From the NCBI GenBank assembly GCA_963924565.1, contig OZ004607.1, positions 11,532,001 to 11,596,000 of the forward strand: a stretch of 64,000 bases of DNA, given 5' to 3'. The position numbers and the translations under genes are program-made. The notes beneath the pieces were generated by a model. It saw only the letters and a list, made by a program, of their open reading frames with translations, searched no databases and was not told where the DNA came from. This document shows positions 61,856 to 64,000 of this stretch, piece by piece. Source of the stretch: Ascidiella aspersa (Eukaryota). The stretch's first letter is position 1. Each line of letters opens with the position of its first letter.

Positions 61856-64000
61856 GTTTCTGTTCTAACGACTTAAACAGCAGGCGGGCTCATGTCTTTT
61901 GTTACCACAAGTCTTTAGAAAACGGAACACGTGCAATAAAGTATGTGTTGCTGTCATTAAGTTTACAAACTTGAATGTGTAAAAGATGTGTATCTAAACT
62001 AACAACTACAGGTTAACAAAGAATTGCGTTTGTATAGGATTTTTACAATTTTACAAGTGAAGTGTATGGCTGAAAATAGCAATTGATTTACTAGTTTTCT
62101 CCTCTAATAACCTCTGTTTACATGGGTTCAGCGGAATGAGCTATCTTAAATGTATAACTACAAGCAATCGACAAATGGCAAAATAAAAGGGTTTTCGCAA
62201 CCAACCAAACAGTGTAGCCATACGGACAAATGCAATAATGTTCTGAAATAACGTGGTACTGTCATGCTCCACAAGCTATCAAAAGTTCAAACCGCAAACC
62301 GACAAAAACGTGTTTTGACAACTTTGTTTCCTAACTGAGGGAGAAAAACGCAAAACGCAGCCTCGCTTGCCCAAAAGACACGAAATGCTGGCTCAAAGTT
62401 CAGTCATATGCCTTTAGCACCGACGCCGTCTCTCAAGCGTAGCAGTTAATCAACGCCGGCCTTGTCTGTCCCGTGTGTTACATAACAATCAGTTTTATTT
62501 CGAAGGGCGCAAAGCACGTTGTGTGATGTGGTACTAGTTTGGTGTGGATTTGTATATAATATTTTAGGTTGTTATTAACGTTTGTGTTTCAGTCAACGGA
62601 AGCAGCGATGAGCGCCTACGCAAGACTGTAAGTAGTGTGCACTTAATGTTTATTTTCATTAAAAATTACTCAGTTACATGCTACTGCGCTATTGTTTTTT
62701 AAACCCCTAATCGAGGTCAAATAACATAAATCAACTCTTATAGTATATACTTCCGCAAGAAAAGGACAGTTTGCTTCAGTTAGCACTACAAACAATCCGT
62801 TACATAATAGTCTCGGTGCGGCGTATAGCGTTGTGCGGTTGTATAGTACTGGTATTAGCATATCGCGTATCCAGTCAGCTGACGGCCAGGTAACTGAGTT
62901 ACGTAACATGTATCCTTTGGTTTAGTAAAGCATTGAACTGCTACAAGCTAGAAATCTTCGCGTTGCCGATTTGTGCATGTCTAAAAACACTAAAGTGTTT
63001 AAACACCAATTTTCGTATGTTTGTTTAAAAGTTTGATAGATGCATATCGTTTATTGCGTCTATATTTGTTATGTAACGAAACCTGTTGGCACTGGTTGTA
63101 AACTTTTGTGTATCAGTCGCATATAGGCCTATACTGGGACTTGTGCTAAACATTAAGCAAGGAAAATTGCGGATATATCAGTGGTATTCAAACTATGCAA
63201 ATTTCTTATAATAATTGGCAAAGTTTACACCCCGGTCTATTGCCGTCTTTTGAGAGAAAGTCGCGTATCTCAAGCGAGCGCCGTCGCAAACCGGTCACGG
63301 GTAAGCAATTTTTATTTATAAGTTTTTTTTTATATATGACGCAGTTTATTTTCGGCATTATTTGGTTGAATATCACGCAAGTCTAAACAATTACTGTTAC
63401 ATCTTAAAGCTTTACGTTTGTTAGTAATTCTGGACCGATAAATGTCACGGATTTTCGTCACTTAAAACTTTTATGGCACGCTTAACACGCTGTAATATGC
63501 AATAGTGATCAGGAGCCCACATCGTAATAAAATATTTTTTGTATAGACCTAACCACCCAAAATTTACATAGATTTCACAAACTATAACGTTTTTGTCGTT
63601 GTAATTGGTTTACATAGACGGAAAAAACGCCAACAATCCTTTACCAGGTAGAATTAAACGTATTTGCGGCATTTAAAAAAATTTAAACGGGATTATTTTT
63701 ACGTTGGATGCTGTCGATAATAGTAATTCATAGCACGCCAGTCGATTCAATGTAGCTTTAACACAGTTTTTTGAAATGTTTTTTGTGGGAAAGTATTAAG
63801 GTTAACCCGCAGACACAATCAGGGGCAAACAGTCAAATGACGACCGGCACCACAGTGACGAACTATAGGCTACGGTACACAGTCAAGGGACGACCAATAG
63901 GCTATACAAACACGCAAAAAATACATCACATATGTATATATTTATGGTTACAGACTACAGTGTGACGACGTAAAATTTAGACAGGGTTCTCAAAATGTCG

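Overview
This is AT-rich, intron-containing eukaryotic DNA. Its compact introns are packed with hAT-type MITEs, and the style suggests an invertebrate deuterostome, possibly an ascidian (the taxon is inferred only). I assembled four co-oriented minus-strand spliced genes by hand from GT-AG sites and phase matching: (1) an intron-containing oocyte/embryo-type linker histone H1 (B4/H1.8-like, 48068-61855); (2) a type I membrane Ig-superfamily protein (6 Ig + FN3 + Ser/Thr stalk + FN3-like + TM, 34725-46820); (3) a six-PDZ NHERF/PDZK1-like scaffold with a long acidic EEIK-repeat tract (6655-23696, with probable extra 5' coding exons at 29.7-30.1 kb); (4) a small secreted Cys-rich orphan (1518-4123). 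The 7-kb second intron of the H1 gene holds an antisense, intact ORF made almost entirely of 23-aa STPR-like repeats, plus a decayed transposase. The main non-coding observations are a well-formed tRNA-like cloverleaf between terminal direct repeats and an apparent target-site duplication, several Penelope-type minimal hammerhead-ribozyme relics (two sets arranged head-to-head, one forming an 81-bp-arm palindrome), and many Buster-type hAT MITEs with 8-bp TSDs. Exon boundaries were read by eye and may be off by a few bases.
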